A stretch of 64,000 nt of DNA from positions 134,177-198,176 of the forward strand of contig JBAYVE010000001.1 of NCBI GenBank assembly GCA_041674765.1, read 5' to 3'. This DNA comes from Patescibacteria group bacterium (GTDB taxonomy: Bacteria; Patescibacteriota; UBA1384; XYA2-FULL-43-10; 1-14-0-10-43-13). The notes under the pieces are model-generated. The model saw only the letters and a program-made list of their open reading frames with translations, did not search any database and was not told the origin of the DNA. The position numbers and the translations under genes were made by a program. This document shows, in pieces, positions 48,627 through 57,971 of the stretch. Positions within the stretch are counted from its first letter, which is position 1. Each line of letters opens with the position of its first letter.

Positions 48627-49094
48627 TCAAGCACCCGCTTCGCAAAAGACACAGCGTGCGGGCTCGCCTTTCGCCGGTGCTTCCGGGGCGCGGTTCCATG
48701 TCATGTCGGCCGTTTGGACCCACTTCCCGCAGCGCGGGCATTTGACGATTTCAGTCTCACCAACATCGCGGAAGGTGCCCGTTTTGACGATCGTCCAGAG
48801 GATGGTGCAGACATCTTCGTCGGTGCCAGTCTGTATAACGAATGGTCGGTCTTTTTCGATCAGGGCAGCGACCAGCGGTTTCAGGATGTCCATTTTGGCG
48901 AAAAGAGAAGCTTCCTTGGTTTTTGCGTCGGGATTCTGGTACTTCTCGCCCCTGTCACCGTAGTGGGTAGCTTCGATGTAGCAGCCATCGTACTTGATCT
49001 GGAATAACACCGGTCCGTGTTCTGCAGTGTTCACTGCGAAAAAGGCAATTGCCTGTAGTACTCCATAAATCGATCTGCTAATAACTGTATGCAT
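48627..49094 (-). CDS. Hypothetical protein with C-terminal CxxC...CxxC
   Basis: GGAGG RBS and an upstream TTGACT promoter. CPRC and CVFC motifs. Confidence 0.65.
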   Translation of the reverse strand: MHTVISRSIYGVLQAIAFFAVNTAEHGPVLFQIKYDGCYIEATHYGDRGEKYQNPDAKTKEASLFAKMDILKPLVAALIEKDRPFVIQTGTDEDVCTILWTIVKTGTFRDVGETEIVKCPRCGKWVQTADMTWNRAPEAPAKGEPARCVFCEAGA

Positions 49095-49176
49095 CTTTCC
49101 CTCCGTTTCTCATATCAGGCTTAGGCCTGTTTGCTGGCGTTATAATATAACATTTATTTCTGTTAGTCAAGGGTAA

Positions 49177-49332
49177 ATTCCGTGATCCTAACCCCATCAA
49201 AGGTATTTATTCTTCGAATGGTACTCTTAAAAATGAGAAGTCTGTCGGTACTAACAAATGATCAAAGTTCTCGTCGTTCCTCCTCGAACAATAAGAAACA
49301 GGGAGATAGTAAGGTATTCGGAATCACGGCAA
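49177..49332 (-). repeat. ~160-bp dispersed repeat, copy 2
   Basis: Inverted copy of 2480-2639. 49203-49254 is the exact reverse complement of 2558-2609. Confidence 0.85.
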
Positions 49333-49380
49333 ATTACAAAAAATTTGCAAAAAATCAATTTGCTCTCTAAAATTAGTCTT

Positions 49381-49968
49381 ATGATAAAAGCAATTATTTT
49401 TGATCTAGATGGCGTTTTTGTGACGGGACCCAAGTTTAGCGAGAGATTTATGAGGGATTTTGGCATATCTGCGTCTGAATTTATGCCTGTCTTTGAAGAA
49501 ATTATGTCTTTTGTAAAGAAGCCAGGTTCGGCTGATCTTTACAATTATTGGCAGCCTTATCTGGTAAAATGGAAAGTAAGCTTAAATGAAGAGCAGTTTT
49601 TAAACTATTGGTTTGGTTCTGAGACCATTGTCCCTGGTATGGTGGAGTGCGCAAGAGAATTGAAAGCCAGAGGTATGGAGGTAATTGTCCTCTCGAACAA
49701 TTTCAGGGAAAGATCTGAATATTATCAGAGGACATTTCCTGAACTTTTTTCAAATTTCGATCAGATCTATTTCTCCTGGCAGACAGGATTTCGCAAACCA
49801 GACAAAGGCGCATACCGTTTTGCGCTGACGCAAAACCATTTGAACCCAAGCGAGTGTCTATTCTTCGACGATTCCGAGAGGAATGTGGAAGCAGCGAGTG
49901 AACTTGGTATAAATGCCTTTCTCTATGAAGGTCCGGATCACGTGAAAGGCAAAACTGATGAGTTGTAA
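49381..49968 (+). CDS. HAD-superfamily phosphatase (YihX-like)
   Basis: MIKAIIFDLDGV, LSNN, RKPD and FFDD..RNV motifs. Confidence 0.92.
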   Translation: MIKAIIFDLDGVFVTGPKFSERFMRDFGISASEFMPVFEEIMSFVKKPGSADLYNYWQPYLVKWKVSLNEEQFLNYWFGSETIVPGMVECARELKARGMEVIVLSNNFRERSEYYQRTFPELFSNFDQIYFSWQTGFRKPDKGAYRFALTQNHLNPSECLFFDDSERNVEAASELGINAFLYEGPDHVKGKTDEL

Positions 49969-50075
49969 AGCATATAGAACGATGGCCGAACAGCTGTATC
50001 TGAATGGATTGGATAATGAATATTATATGAAACTGTAAAAATTAAGTGGTTGGTTTTATAACTTGAAAAATAAAT

Positions 50076-50582
50076 ATGTCCAAAATAGTTATTGTCAACG
50101 AAAATAATGAAGTGATCGGCAGTAAAGAACGCTTGGAAGTTAGAAGTAGCGATATTTATCGAACGACCGGGCTTTGGATTACCAATTCCAAGGGTCAAGT
50201 TTTGTTGGCTCAGCGCAGCTTCAAGAAAAGCCACGACCCGGGGAGATGGGGTCCTGCTGTATCTGGTACGGTTGAGGAGGGTGAGAGTTATGATGAAAAT
50301 ATAAAGAAAGAGGCATGGGAGGAGCTCGGAATTGAAGGTTTGGAATTTGAGAAGGGTCCGATAAAATATACTCAAGGCAATCACAATCGTTTTAGCCAAT
50401 GGTATTTTCTTAAATTAGATAGAAACCTTGCAGATTTTACCGTTCAATATGAAGAAGTCGAGCGAATAAAATGGTTTGATAAAAATGAGTTGATTCAAGA
50501 TATAAAAGATAAGCCGGATAATTTCTTGCAGTCGATGCCGGAGCGAGTAAAAATGTTTTTGACAGAATTGAGATCTAAATGA
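50076..50582 (+). CDS. Nudix hydrolase (IDI/YfcD-like)
   Basis: LLAQRSFKK..PGRW..VSGTVEEGESY..KEAWEELG. Confidence 0.9.
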   Translation: MSKIVIVNENNEVIGSKERLEVRSSDIYRTTGLWITNSKGQVLLAQRSFKKSHDPGRWGPAVSGTVEEGESYDENIKKEAWEELGIEGLEFEKGPIKYTQGNHNRFSQWYFLKLDRNLADFTVQYEEVERIKWFDKNELIQDIKDKPDNFLQSMPERVKMFLTELRSK

Positions 50583-51034
50583 ATAATCCCAAGGTAATTC
50601 CAGGAGTCCATCTGATATTTCGAAAGAAAAGTTGCAGATCTAACGAGAATGAATATCTACTCCACCAACGGCAAAACACGAAGTATTTCGATAGTTATTT
50701 CTCTGTGCCGGGCGGACACATTGATGGATTTGAGACTCCTATCGAGTGCGCAATTCGCGAAGCCATGGAGGAGCTGGCGGTCGAGGTCAAACCGGAGAAC
50801 CTCAGGTTGGTTAATACAATTTATCGTGTAAAAAAAGACGTTAATGAAATCAGAATAGACTTCTGTTACTTAATTAGAGAGTATTCTGGAGAAATTATTG
50901 CCGCAGAGCCAGAAAAGCATAGTCAACCCAAATGGTATCTAATCTCAGAACTCCCAAACCAGATGGTGCCGTATATACAAAAAGCAATTATTGACATAGA
51001 AAATGGCAGACATTTCACTAAATCCGAAGTATAA
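50579..51034 (+). CDS. Nudix hydrolase
   Basis: PGGHIDGFETPIECAIREAMEEL and EPEKH motifs. Confidence 0.92.
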   Translation: MNNPKVIPGVHLIFRKKSCRSNENEYLLHQRQNTKYFDSYFSVPGGHIDGFETPIECAIREAMEELAVEVKPENLRLVNTIYRVKKDVNEIRIDFCYLIREYSGEIIAAEPEKHSQPKWYLISELPNQMVPYIQKAIIDIENGRHFTKSEV

Positions 51035-51044
51035 CCTTGACTAT

Positions 51045-51077
51045 AAAAAAAGGCGTCCGGATTCGGATCCGCACGCC
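51045..51077 (-). terminator. Intrinsic terminator of the minus-strand RNA
   Basis: GGCGT-G-CGGA-loop-TCCG-G-ACGCC followed by T7. Confidence 0.8.
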
Positions 51078-51400
51078 CATACGTTGTCAGCTAGTCTTGC
51101 GACTGCCGACCGAGTCAGTTAGTCGGGGCTCTTCACCCCTGAGTTTGGAAAAAAATTTCTCGGGGATCCACGATGTATGTCTCCTCGTGTTGAGTTTATC
51201 AGCGGAGAGCTGAAGCTTCTGCTAAAGTTTCAGTAACTGACAATTGATTATTTGCCTGGTTTATTTCCTGTTGTAGGAAAAGCTGATGCACGGTTGCCGA
51301 TGAATATTCATACGGACGGTTTGGCAGGGAGCTTATAACACCCAGGGAATATCAACGACAGATTCTGCCTACTTCGCAGGAACATTCAGAACCTCTGATT
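51045..51400 (-). ncRNA. Unassigned structured non-coding RNA (~355 nt)
   Basis: Consensus promoter upstream, terminator at its 3' end, many short and long-range helices, no ORF of 60 aa or more. Confidence 0.65.
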
Positions 51401-51406
51401 GTTGAA

Positions 51407-51435
51407 ACAATACCTCAAGAATAAACGCTTGTCAA
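51407..51435 (-). promoter_or_regulatory. Sigma70-type promoter of the ncRNA
   Basis: TTGACA-N17-TATTGT. Confidence 0.75.
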
Positions 51436-51697
51436 TAGGCCAATCGTTTTTTTGTTTTTAGCTACTTTCAGTGCCAATAACTAACTCTTATGTTTCTTTG
51501 TTGCTGGCAGCATCATATTGTCATTGCCCATGTCTTGTTTTTGTTCTACTCTTTTTTTGATAAAAAGATTGGTATGCCTTTTTTCGTGGGTGTAATTCTT
51601 TTTGCCTTTTTCTTCTTTTGACATGAGAATATTTTAGTAATAATCTTATTCCAATCCAAGAGCAAAAATGATATTAAAATTAGTGTTGTGATAATAG

Positions 51698-51927
51698 TGT
51701 CATCCTCGGGCAGGCATCGCCATGACCCGGGGATCCAATACCTTATTATCATCCAAACAAAGATTTTATTGTTCGAACACAGTGAGAATTATTATCATTT
51801 CTATTAGAGGACATGGGGACTCTCCGCCAGCTGGCGGACCGAAGTCGTCCCCCTATCCTCTAATAGCAATAAGGTATTGGATCCCCGGGCACCATTTCCA
51901 AAAACACCATTGGTCCCGAGGATGACA
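51698..51927. repeat. GTCA-type REP pair with nested palindromes
   Basis: TGTCATCCTCGGG..GGGGATCCAATACC / GGTATTGGATCCCC..CCCGAGGATGACA enclosing ctattagagga..tcctctaatag and tccgccagctggcgga. Confidence 0.8.
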
Positions 51928-51945
51928 TTGTATATAGTATTTATT

Positions 51946-52506
51946 GTGAATCGCAATAAGCCCACAAAAGAAGATTTGGCAAATGCTATCCATAAAAAGG
52001 TGCCAGATATTATTGCGCCGAATCTAAAATTATTATTTGTCGGCATTAACCCCGGCCTTTATACAGCCGCAATCGGCCGCCATTTTGGTCATCCGGCCAA
52101 TAGATTCTGGAAGGCACTTTTTGATTCGGGCCTTTCGCCCAAGTTATTATCGCCATACGAAAATGAGAAATTATTGAAACTTGGCTTTGGCATTACTAAT
52201 TTAGTTGAAAGGCCGACATTGAGAGCGAACGAAGTAACGAAAGAAGAGCTTGTTGAAGGTAGAAAAATACTGGAGAAAAAAGTAAAAAAGTTTAAACCAA
52301 AATTCATTGCAATTTTGGGCTTAGGAGCTTATCAGATTGCTTTTAATAAAAAAGCAAAAATTGGCCCGCAGGAAGAAAATATTGCAGGTGCCAAAGTTTG
52401 GGTCTTGCCCAATCCAAGCGGATTGAATGCTAGCTTCACGCCGAATAAATTGGCTTCAATTTTTCGACAGCTTAAATTAGCACTTGATAAGTCGTATTTA
52501 GGCTGA
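51946..52506 (+). CDS. mug: G/U mismatch-specific DNA glycosylase
   Basis: VGINPG, HFGHPANRFW, GITNLV and LPNPSGLNA motifs. GTG start. Confidence 0.93.
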   Translation: MNRNKPTKEDLANAIHKKVPDIIAPNLKLLFVGINPGLYTAAIGRHFGHPANRFWKALFDSGLSPKLLSPYENEKLLKLGFGITNLVERPTLRANEVTKEELVEGRKILEKKVKKFKPKFIAILGLGAYQIAFNKKAKIGPQEENIAGAKVWVLPNPSGLNASFTPNKLASIFRQLKLALDKSYLG

Positions 52507-52609
52507 TGATTTTTAAGTTGATAGGTTATTAGACTAAGTTAACGGTTAGTTGTACAATAACAATTGAAAAGTTCGGATTAAAAAAGAACAAATTAGTAAA
52601 GGAGATAAA

Positions 52610-53284
52610 ATGAGAAGAATGGGAATGCGCTGGGTTTGGGGGACTGTATTAATTTTATTGGGTCTGGGCCTTTTATCAAACACATTGGGTATTGAAGGGA
52701 TGCATAACTTTATTGTTCGTTGGTGGCCAATCATTTTCATTGTTTTCGGGCTTGGTGAATTGATAGTAGGAGAATTCTTAAATGGATTTTTTTGGCTAAT
52801 TGTTGGTGTCATCATCGGATTGTTTACAACCGGTACCGTAGATTATACTGGTAACCTTTGGTCGATTATTTGGTCTATAGTTGTGATCTTGATTGGTCTT
52901 CGTCTCATCCTGCGCCCTATGATGAAAGTTAGAAGTTCTGATGAGAAGGAAAAATTTGTTGGCACGTCGGCAGTTTTTGGCGGGACGACCAAGAAAGTAT
53001 CCGCTAAAGAGTTTACCGGCTCAAATCTCACCGCTGTGTTTGGAGGAGCTAAACTTGATCTTAGGAACGCTATGGTTGCCAAAGAAGGGGCCATCATCGA
53101 TGTCTCCGCCGTCTTTGGCGGAGTTGAAATCATCGTACCCGAAAAAACTCCAGTCAGGATGAACGCAGTCGCCATTTTTGGCGGTCAAGAAGACAAAAGA
53201 GACACTTCGAAAATAGATGAATCATTGCCGATAATTACTATCAGTGGAGAAGTTATTTTTGGCGGCATCGAGGTTAAATCATAG
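52610..53284 (+). CDS. LiaF-like membrane protein (DUF5668 plus DUF2154-like)
   Basis: 4TM N terminus and repeated AVFGG motifs. Confidence 0.85.
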   Translation: MRRMGMRWVWGTVLILLGLGLLSNTLGIEGMHNFIVRWWPIIFIVFGLGELIVGEFLNGFFWLIVGVIIGLFTTGTVDYTGNLWSIIWSIVVILIGLRLILRPMMKVRSSDEKEKFVGTSAVFGGTTKKVSAKEFTGSNLTAVFGGAKLDLRNAMVAKEGAIIDVSAVFGGVEIIVPEKTPVRMNAVAIFGGQEDKRDTSKIDESLPIITISGEVIFGGIEVKS

Positions 53285-53399
53285 GATCTGTATAAAATCC
53301 CTTTTAGGATTGATTGCCAACCCAAATAGGAGTTGATTTTTAAACTATTTTAGACTGGCAGATTAGTAGCCTTAGCAATTTTGACGAGGGAATGAGTTG

Positions 53400-53582
53400 C
53401 TATCTTTTTTGTAAGGCTCCCATCGGACAAAAATTTGAACATTTGCCGCAATCAAGGCATTTATCACTATCGACTTCTGGTGCGCCATAGCCCGTTTGTG
53501 ATAGGGCTTGAACCGGGCAAACTTTTATAGCGGGACACGGATGGTTTTGCGGGCATCTATTATTATCTACGTAAATCGGCAT
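53400..53582 (-). CDS. Small 4Fe-4S ferredoxin
   Basis: CPQNHPCPAIKVCP and CLDCGKCSNFCP. Confidence 0.9.
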   Translation of the reverse strand: MPIYVDNNRCPQNHPCPAIKVCPVQALSQTGYGAPEVDSDKCLDCGKCSNFCPMGALQKR

Positions 53583-53615
53583 CTATTTCCCTGTGTTATT
53601 TATTATTGCTAACGC

Positions 53616-53644
53616 TTGATCATATCAATGACCATTGATATAAT
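53616..53644 (+). promoter_or_regulatory. ArsR promoter with overlapping operator
   Basis: TTGATC-N17-TATAAT with a perfect IR ATATCAATG-AC-CATTGATAT (53622-53641, ATCAA-N6-TTGAT core). Confidence 0.8.
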
Positions 53645-53650
53645 ATAATT

Positions 53651-53974
53651 ATGATACAAAATTGTAATAAGAAAAACAACCCCCAAATTGAGATCCTATC
53701 AGACTTCCTCAAAATTATCTCTGAGGAAAACAGGCTTCGAATTATTTGTTTTCTTTTGAAAAACGAAGAACAGTGTGTTTGTGAAATCTGGAAATTTCTT
53801 GATCTATCCCAAAACTTGACTTCACATCATTTGAAAGTTTTGAAAGATATTGGTTTGTTAGAATCCCGGAAAGTGGGACAAAAAGTTTGTTATTGTGTTG
53901 ACCAAACAAAGCTATTAGAGTACAAAGAACTATTTAATCAAATCCTAGACAAAACAATTATTAGTCGAAAGTAG
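53651..53974 (+). CDS. ArsR/SmtB transcriptional repressor
   Basis: ENRLRII, CVCE and SQNLTSHHLKVLK motifs. Confidence 0.95.
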   Translation: MIQNCNKKNNPQIEILSDFLKIISEENRLRIICFLLKNEEQCVCEIWKFLDLSQNLTSHHLKVLKDIGLLESRKVGQKVCYCVDQTKLLEYKELFNQILDKTIISRK

Positions 53975-53984
53975 AGAGGGAGCG

Positions 53985-54950
53985 ATGGACACTATATTTT
54001 ACCCTGTAAAAATTCTTGCTGACTGGATCACTTTTTCGCTTTTATCGATCCAAAAAGAGACACTTCTTTCGCAAGCTGTCAATTTTTTTATTTATGATAC
54101 GGTCAAAATATTTATACTTTTGGCCGTAATTATTTTTGCAGTCTCCATAATTCGAACTTTCTTGCCGACCGAAAAAGTTAGAAAGCTTCTTGCGCATAAA
54201 TATAAATTCACCGGCAATATAATGGCGGCCTTAATTGGGATTTTAACGCCATTTTGCACTTGTTCGGCTATCCCGCTTTTCCTTGGCTTTTTGAAGGCAG
54301 GTGTTCCTCTTGGCGTTACCTTTTCTTTTCTTATTGCTAGTCCAATGATTAATGAAGTTGCCGTCATATTATTGCTGGGAATGTTCGGCTGGAAAATTGC
54401 ATTGCTCTATATTGCGAGCGGCCTTGTCATTGCGGTGGTCGCTGGTATATTAATCAGCAAATTAAACGTTGACAATTTAATCATCGATATGGACTACAAG
54501 AAGGATATGCTCGCTAAACAAGATGGAGTCACCTGGAACGATCGAATCAATTATGGCCGAAGATATACGAGGAATATTATCCGAAAAGTCTGGCCTTATG
54601 TGGTTGGCGGTATTGCCGTCGGCGCCTTTATTCATGGTTATGTACCAACTGACTTTTTGGCTCAGTACGCCGGTAGCGATAAATGGTATGCAGTGCCATT
54701 TGCCGTCTTGGCTGGCATCCCGCTCTATTCAAATGCTGCCGGCATAGTTCCTCTAGTCTCTGTTCTCACTGAGAAAGGCGTTGCTATGGGAACAGTCCTC
54801 GCCTTTATGATGGCAGTAACAGCCCTATCTTTGCCAGAGTTTATGATTTTAAAGAGGGTAATGAAAACAAAATTAATCGTTATTTTTGCTGCGATCGTCG
54901 GCACAGGTATCCTGATTACCGGATATATATTCAACATTGTTATTAAATAG
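53985..54950 (+). CDS. DUF318/ArsP-family permease
   Basis: TPFCTCSAIP, FLIASPMIN and ALSLPE motifs. Confidence 0.92.
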   Translation: MDTIFYPVKILADWITFSLLSIQKETLLSQAVNFFIYDTVKIFILLAVIIFAVSIIRTFLPTEKVRKLLAHKYKFTGNIMAALIGILTPFCTCSAIPLFLGFLKAGVPLGVTFSFLIASPMINEVAVILLLGMFGWKIALLYIASGLVIAVVAGILISKLNVDNLIIDMDYKKDMLAKQDGVTWNDRINYGRRYTRNIIRKVWPYVVGGIAVGAFIHGYVPTDFLAQYAGSDKWYAVPFAVLAGIPLYSNAAGIVPLVSVLTEKGVAMGTVLAFMMAVTALSLPEFMILKRVMKTKLIVIFAAIVGTGILITGYIFNIVIK

Positions 54951-55019
54951 GTTATTTTCTGGTTTCAAAAGTAGTATACTAATGGATGGGTAATAATAAT
55001 TATATTTTTGAGGAGGGTG

Positions 55020-55772
55020 ATGAGAAAGTTAGTTTTTGTCCTGTTCGCTTGCGTCATTATTATGCCGGGTCTGGCCATCGCAGCCAACAGTCCGGAGAGT
55101 CAAGGCAATAGCGGAAGTGTTTCTAGCGTGAGTTCGACAAATAGTAATGATAGCGCAGTCACTTCTAGTGCGTCAGATAGCAATCAGATAGACCCTACTA
55201 GTTCAAGTGCAGCTCAGTCTGCAAACAGAGTTCAAATTCAAGCTGGCAATCCTGGTGTTGGTGCGATGACGGCTGAACAAACAGAGGCTCGAATAAAAGA
55301 ACAGATCAGCGAAAGCAAGCCGGCCTATGCGCCAAGAAACGAGCAGGCGAGCTTGAGAATGAGTAGCGTTGCAACAGCGGTCGAAGAACTGGTCAGGGTT
55401 TCCAACAGATTTGAGAACCCTGGTATCGGCGAACAGGTTCGGGAAATTGCGCAGGTCCAAGTGAAAAACCAGGACAAAGTAAACCAGGCGATAGACAAGG
55501 CGGAAACAAGAACAAAATTTGCCAAGTTTTTTATCGGATCAAATTATAAAGAATTGAAAACAGCTAAAGAAGCGATGAAAGAGAATCAAAGTAAGGCTCG
55601 AGAGCTAAAAGAATTGATGGCGCAAGCTGATAATGACGCTGATAAATTGACTATTGCAAATCAGATTATGACTCTTCAGGAAGAGAATCTAGCTCTGAGA
55701 GATCAGATTGAGCAATCAGACGATAGCTTCTCCTTGTTCGGCTGGCTATCAAGACTGATAAATAAATACTAA
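55020..55772 (+). CDS. Hypothetical secreted coiled-coil protein
   Basis: GAGGAGG RBS, signal peptide, Ser-rich linker, 'GIGEQVREIA' and 'FSLFGWL' motifs. Confidence 0.75.
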   Translation: MRKLVFVLFACVIIMPGLAIAANSPESQGNSGSVSSVSSTNSNDSAVTSSASDSNQIDPTSSSAAQSANRVQIQAGNPGVGAMTAEQTEARIKEQISESKPAYAPRNEQASLRMSSVATAVEELVRVSNRFENPGIGEQVREIAQVQVKNQDKVNQAIDKAETRTKFAKFFIGSNYKELKTAKEAMKENQSKARELKELMAQADNDADKLTIANQIMTLQEENLALRDQIEQSDDSFSLFGWLSRLINKY

Positions 55773-55850
55773 AGACTTCAGCTTATTCTAAGATTTAACT
55801 TCTATAATCAAAGCAGGTCGAAAGAACAAAAAGTTAAATTAAGGAATCAA

Positions 55851-56300
55851 ATGAAGAAAAAAATCGTTTTACCGGCGCTTGCAATCGGTGTTCTGGCTTT
55901 GGCTGGATCAATCTGGTTTGGGAGCGTCAACGCAAATGCTGCTTCTGCCAATCACGATACGTTGATCGAGAAAATCGCCCAAAAATTTAGCGTCCCGAAA
56001 GAGGACGTTCAGGTGGTTTTCGATCAGGAAAGGACAGAGAGGCAAGCAACTAGAAGGGCAGAACAAAACACAAAGCTTGATCAGGCTATTGCCGATGGTG
56101 TCATCACGGCAGAGCAAAAAGACCAATTGATCGCTAAGCGAAATGAGTTGAATACTCAAGGGCAGAAGAATCGCGAAGAGATGCAAAAATGGTTTTCTGA
56201 TAATGGCATCGACCATGATAAGCTTGCTCCCTATATGGGAATGGGTGGTAACGGCGGCAGAGGCGGCCATATGGGCGGAATGCACCGTAACCAGAAATAA
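55851..56300 (+). CDS. Hypothetical secreted protein
   Basis: Signal peptide, 'LDQAIADGVITAEQ' and a Gly-rich tail. Confidence 0.78.
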   Translation: MKKKIVLPALAIGVLALAGSIWFGSVNANAASANHDTLIEKIAQKFSVPKEDVQVVFDQERTERQATRRAEQNTKLDQAIADGVITAEQKDQLIAKRNELNTQGQKNREEMQKWFSDNGIDHDKLAPYMGMGGNGGRGGHMGGMHRNQK

Positions 56301-56309
56301 CTAAGCTCT

Positions 56310-56352
56310 AAAAAATAAAAACACCTTCATCTTGAGGGTGTTTTTATTTTTT
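56310..56352. terminator. Bidirectional terminator
   Basis: AAAAATAAAAACACC..GGTGTTTTTATTTTT. Confidence 0.85.
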
Positions 56353-56374
56353 GCGCGAACAATTGATTTTAGTG

Positions 56375-56587
56375 TTATTTTTCTTGTGGTCTTTCATAAG
56401 CGAAATATGCCAAGGCTCCGATAAACTCAATGACAATGATAATAAACGCCCAAACTAGCCGTGATAAAGTTTTAGTTTTTCGCCTCTTGATGAGATTAAA
56501 AAGTGCAAATAGTTTAATTGCCTGGCTAATCAAAAGGAAAAAGAATACAATTCTGATGGTATCCATGAAATCATCATACTCTTTCAT
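56375..56587 (-). CDS. PLDc_N-like small membrane protein
   Basis: ALFNLIKR...VWAFIII..FIGALAYF pattern. Confidence 0.7.
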   Translation of the reverse strand: MKEYDDFMDTIRIVFFFLLISQAIKLFALFNLIKRRKTKTLSRLVWAFIIIVIEFIGALAYFAYERPQEK

Positions 56588-56751
56588 ACACTTTTATCTA
56601 TGGAATTACTGTCTTAGACACAGCAATTACTGAAGCTCCTTAATTAAAGTAGCGTCATTGTGCCCATTGCAAGTTCTTGAATTGCTTAGAAATTCAGCAT
56701 AAGATTTAAACATGAAAATATTATGTTCTTAGAATTATCAAGGAGGGATCT

Positions 56752-57069
56752 ATGAATTACGAAAATGCTATCGACCCGAGTCTAATGGAGGACATTAATA
56801 GTATTGATACCTCTGAATCGGAGCAAAAAAACTCACGAGAGAATCTTCGCGAGGGGATAGAATACGTATTTCGTCCCGCATTGCGTACATCTGGGGCAGG
56901 GGAGAACGGTTATGTGCCAAACCTTGAGTTTGGCAGAGGTATCTATATTGGGCTTGTCGACGGAAAGACAATGTTTCGGGGTCACCCCAAAAGCTATCCA
57001 GATGAAGTTTTTTTCTTCAATTTTGAATCAAGTGGTACAAGCCACATTTTTGAGCCCAGTAATAAATAA
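56752..57069 (+). CDS. Hypothetical protein
   Basis: AAGGAGG RBS. Confidence 0.65.
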   Translation: MNYENAIDPSLMEDINSIDTSESEQKNSRENLREGIEYVFRPALRTSGAGENGYVPNLEFGRGIYIGLVDGKTMFRGHPKSYPDEVFFFNFESSGTSHIFEPSNK

Positions 57070-57170
57070 GGTTTTTTGTGAACACGTCTATTTCTGTCAT
57101 CATTAAAGTTAACGCCCCAGGGGGTGGGGCGTTTAATTAGATGGCAATTGAGGACAAGGTTCGGATACAA

Positions 57171-57405
57171 GTAGCCCAGCCTTCAGGCTGCACAAGCTGA
57201 AGCTTGGTCTACAAGAACTTTGTAGCCTACCCTTTAGGGTGATTTTGCAAGCTTCCCACTTAGTTGAAACTACCACCCTTCGCCCTAAGACTATGGCGTG
57301 GCACAGCGAGGGACAAGAAATCTTAGACTACCAGAAGTCCCATAGCTCCACCTTTCAGGGTGTTCCCAAAGTCCATTCCTTCGTAGTTCAGCCTTTAGGC
57401 TGTCA
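57171..57405. repeat. GTAG-type REP array upstream of RAYT
   Basis: Repeated GTAGCCCAGCCTTYAGGCTG and CAAGCTGAAGCTTG..CTAC units at 57171, 57222, 57343 and 57383. Confidence 0.88.
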
Positions 57406-57414
57406 ACAAAACTT

Positions 57415-57960
57415 ATGAGACCAAACTATAAACCAAATTTTACCAACCGTCCGAATCATATTCAGCAAGATGATAGTTTTTATTTCCTTACTGTCCGAAC
57501 TGTCAATGCCCAGTGGTTTTTGCAGCCTGACCCCTACAAGCAGATTGTGTTTGACAAAATCCATGAAAAAATCAAGAAGTTTGGCTATCAGCTTATTGCA
57601 TTTGCGATTCTCAATAACCACTATCATTTGCTTGTAAAAATAGTCGATTCAAAGAAGATCGCTAAGTTTATGAACGAATTAAACGGAGCAAGTGCCAGAG
57701 AAATAAATAAGGCTGATTTTGTCATCGACCGCAAAATTTGGTGGAATTACCTCGACCACGTTATTCGAGACGAAGCTGACTTTTTCAAACATTTAAATTA
57801 TATCCACCAAAACCCGATTAAACATGGACTAACAAAGGAATTGGACTATAAATTCTCAAGCTATTCTGCTTGGGTGAGGAAGAAAGGCGTGGAATATCTA
57901 AATCATTCGTTTGAGAAATATCCGGTCGTAGATTTCAAAACATTCAACGACGAATTTTGA
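57415..57960 (+). CDS. REP-associated tyrosine transposase (RAYT, IS200-like Y1)
   Basis: YFLTVRT, NHYHLL (HUH), W..YLDHVIR, YIHQNP.KHG and YKFSS motifs, flanked by REPs. Confidence 0.92.
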   Translation: MRPNYKPNFTNRPNHIQQDDSFYFLTVRTVNAQWFLQPDPYKQIVFDKIHEKIKKFGYQLIAFAILNNHYHLLVKIVDSKKIAKFMNELNGASAREINKADFVIDRKIWWNYLDHVIRDEADFFKHLNYIHQNPIKHGLTKELDYKFSSYSAWVRKKGVEYLNHSFEKYPVVDFKTFNDEF

Positions 57961-57971
57961 GATAATAATTC

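Noticed and set aside
51045-51400. Confident tmRNA (ssrA), RNase P, 6S or riboswitch call
   Set aside because: No GGGG..TTCGA 5' end, T-arm or TCCACCA acceptor. No GAGGAAAGTCC, not a single long 6S rod, and no downstream gene. Left unassigned.
51546-51752. Small minus-strand ORF
   Set aside because: It starts within a REP arm and is low-complexity, with no RBS or motif support.
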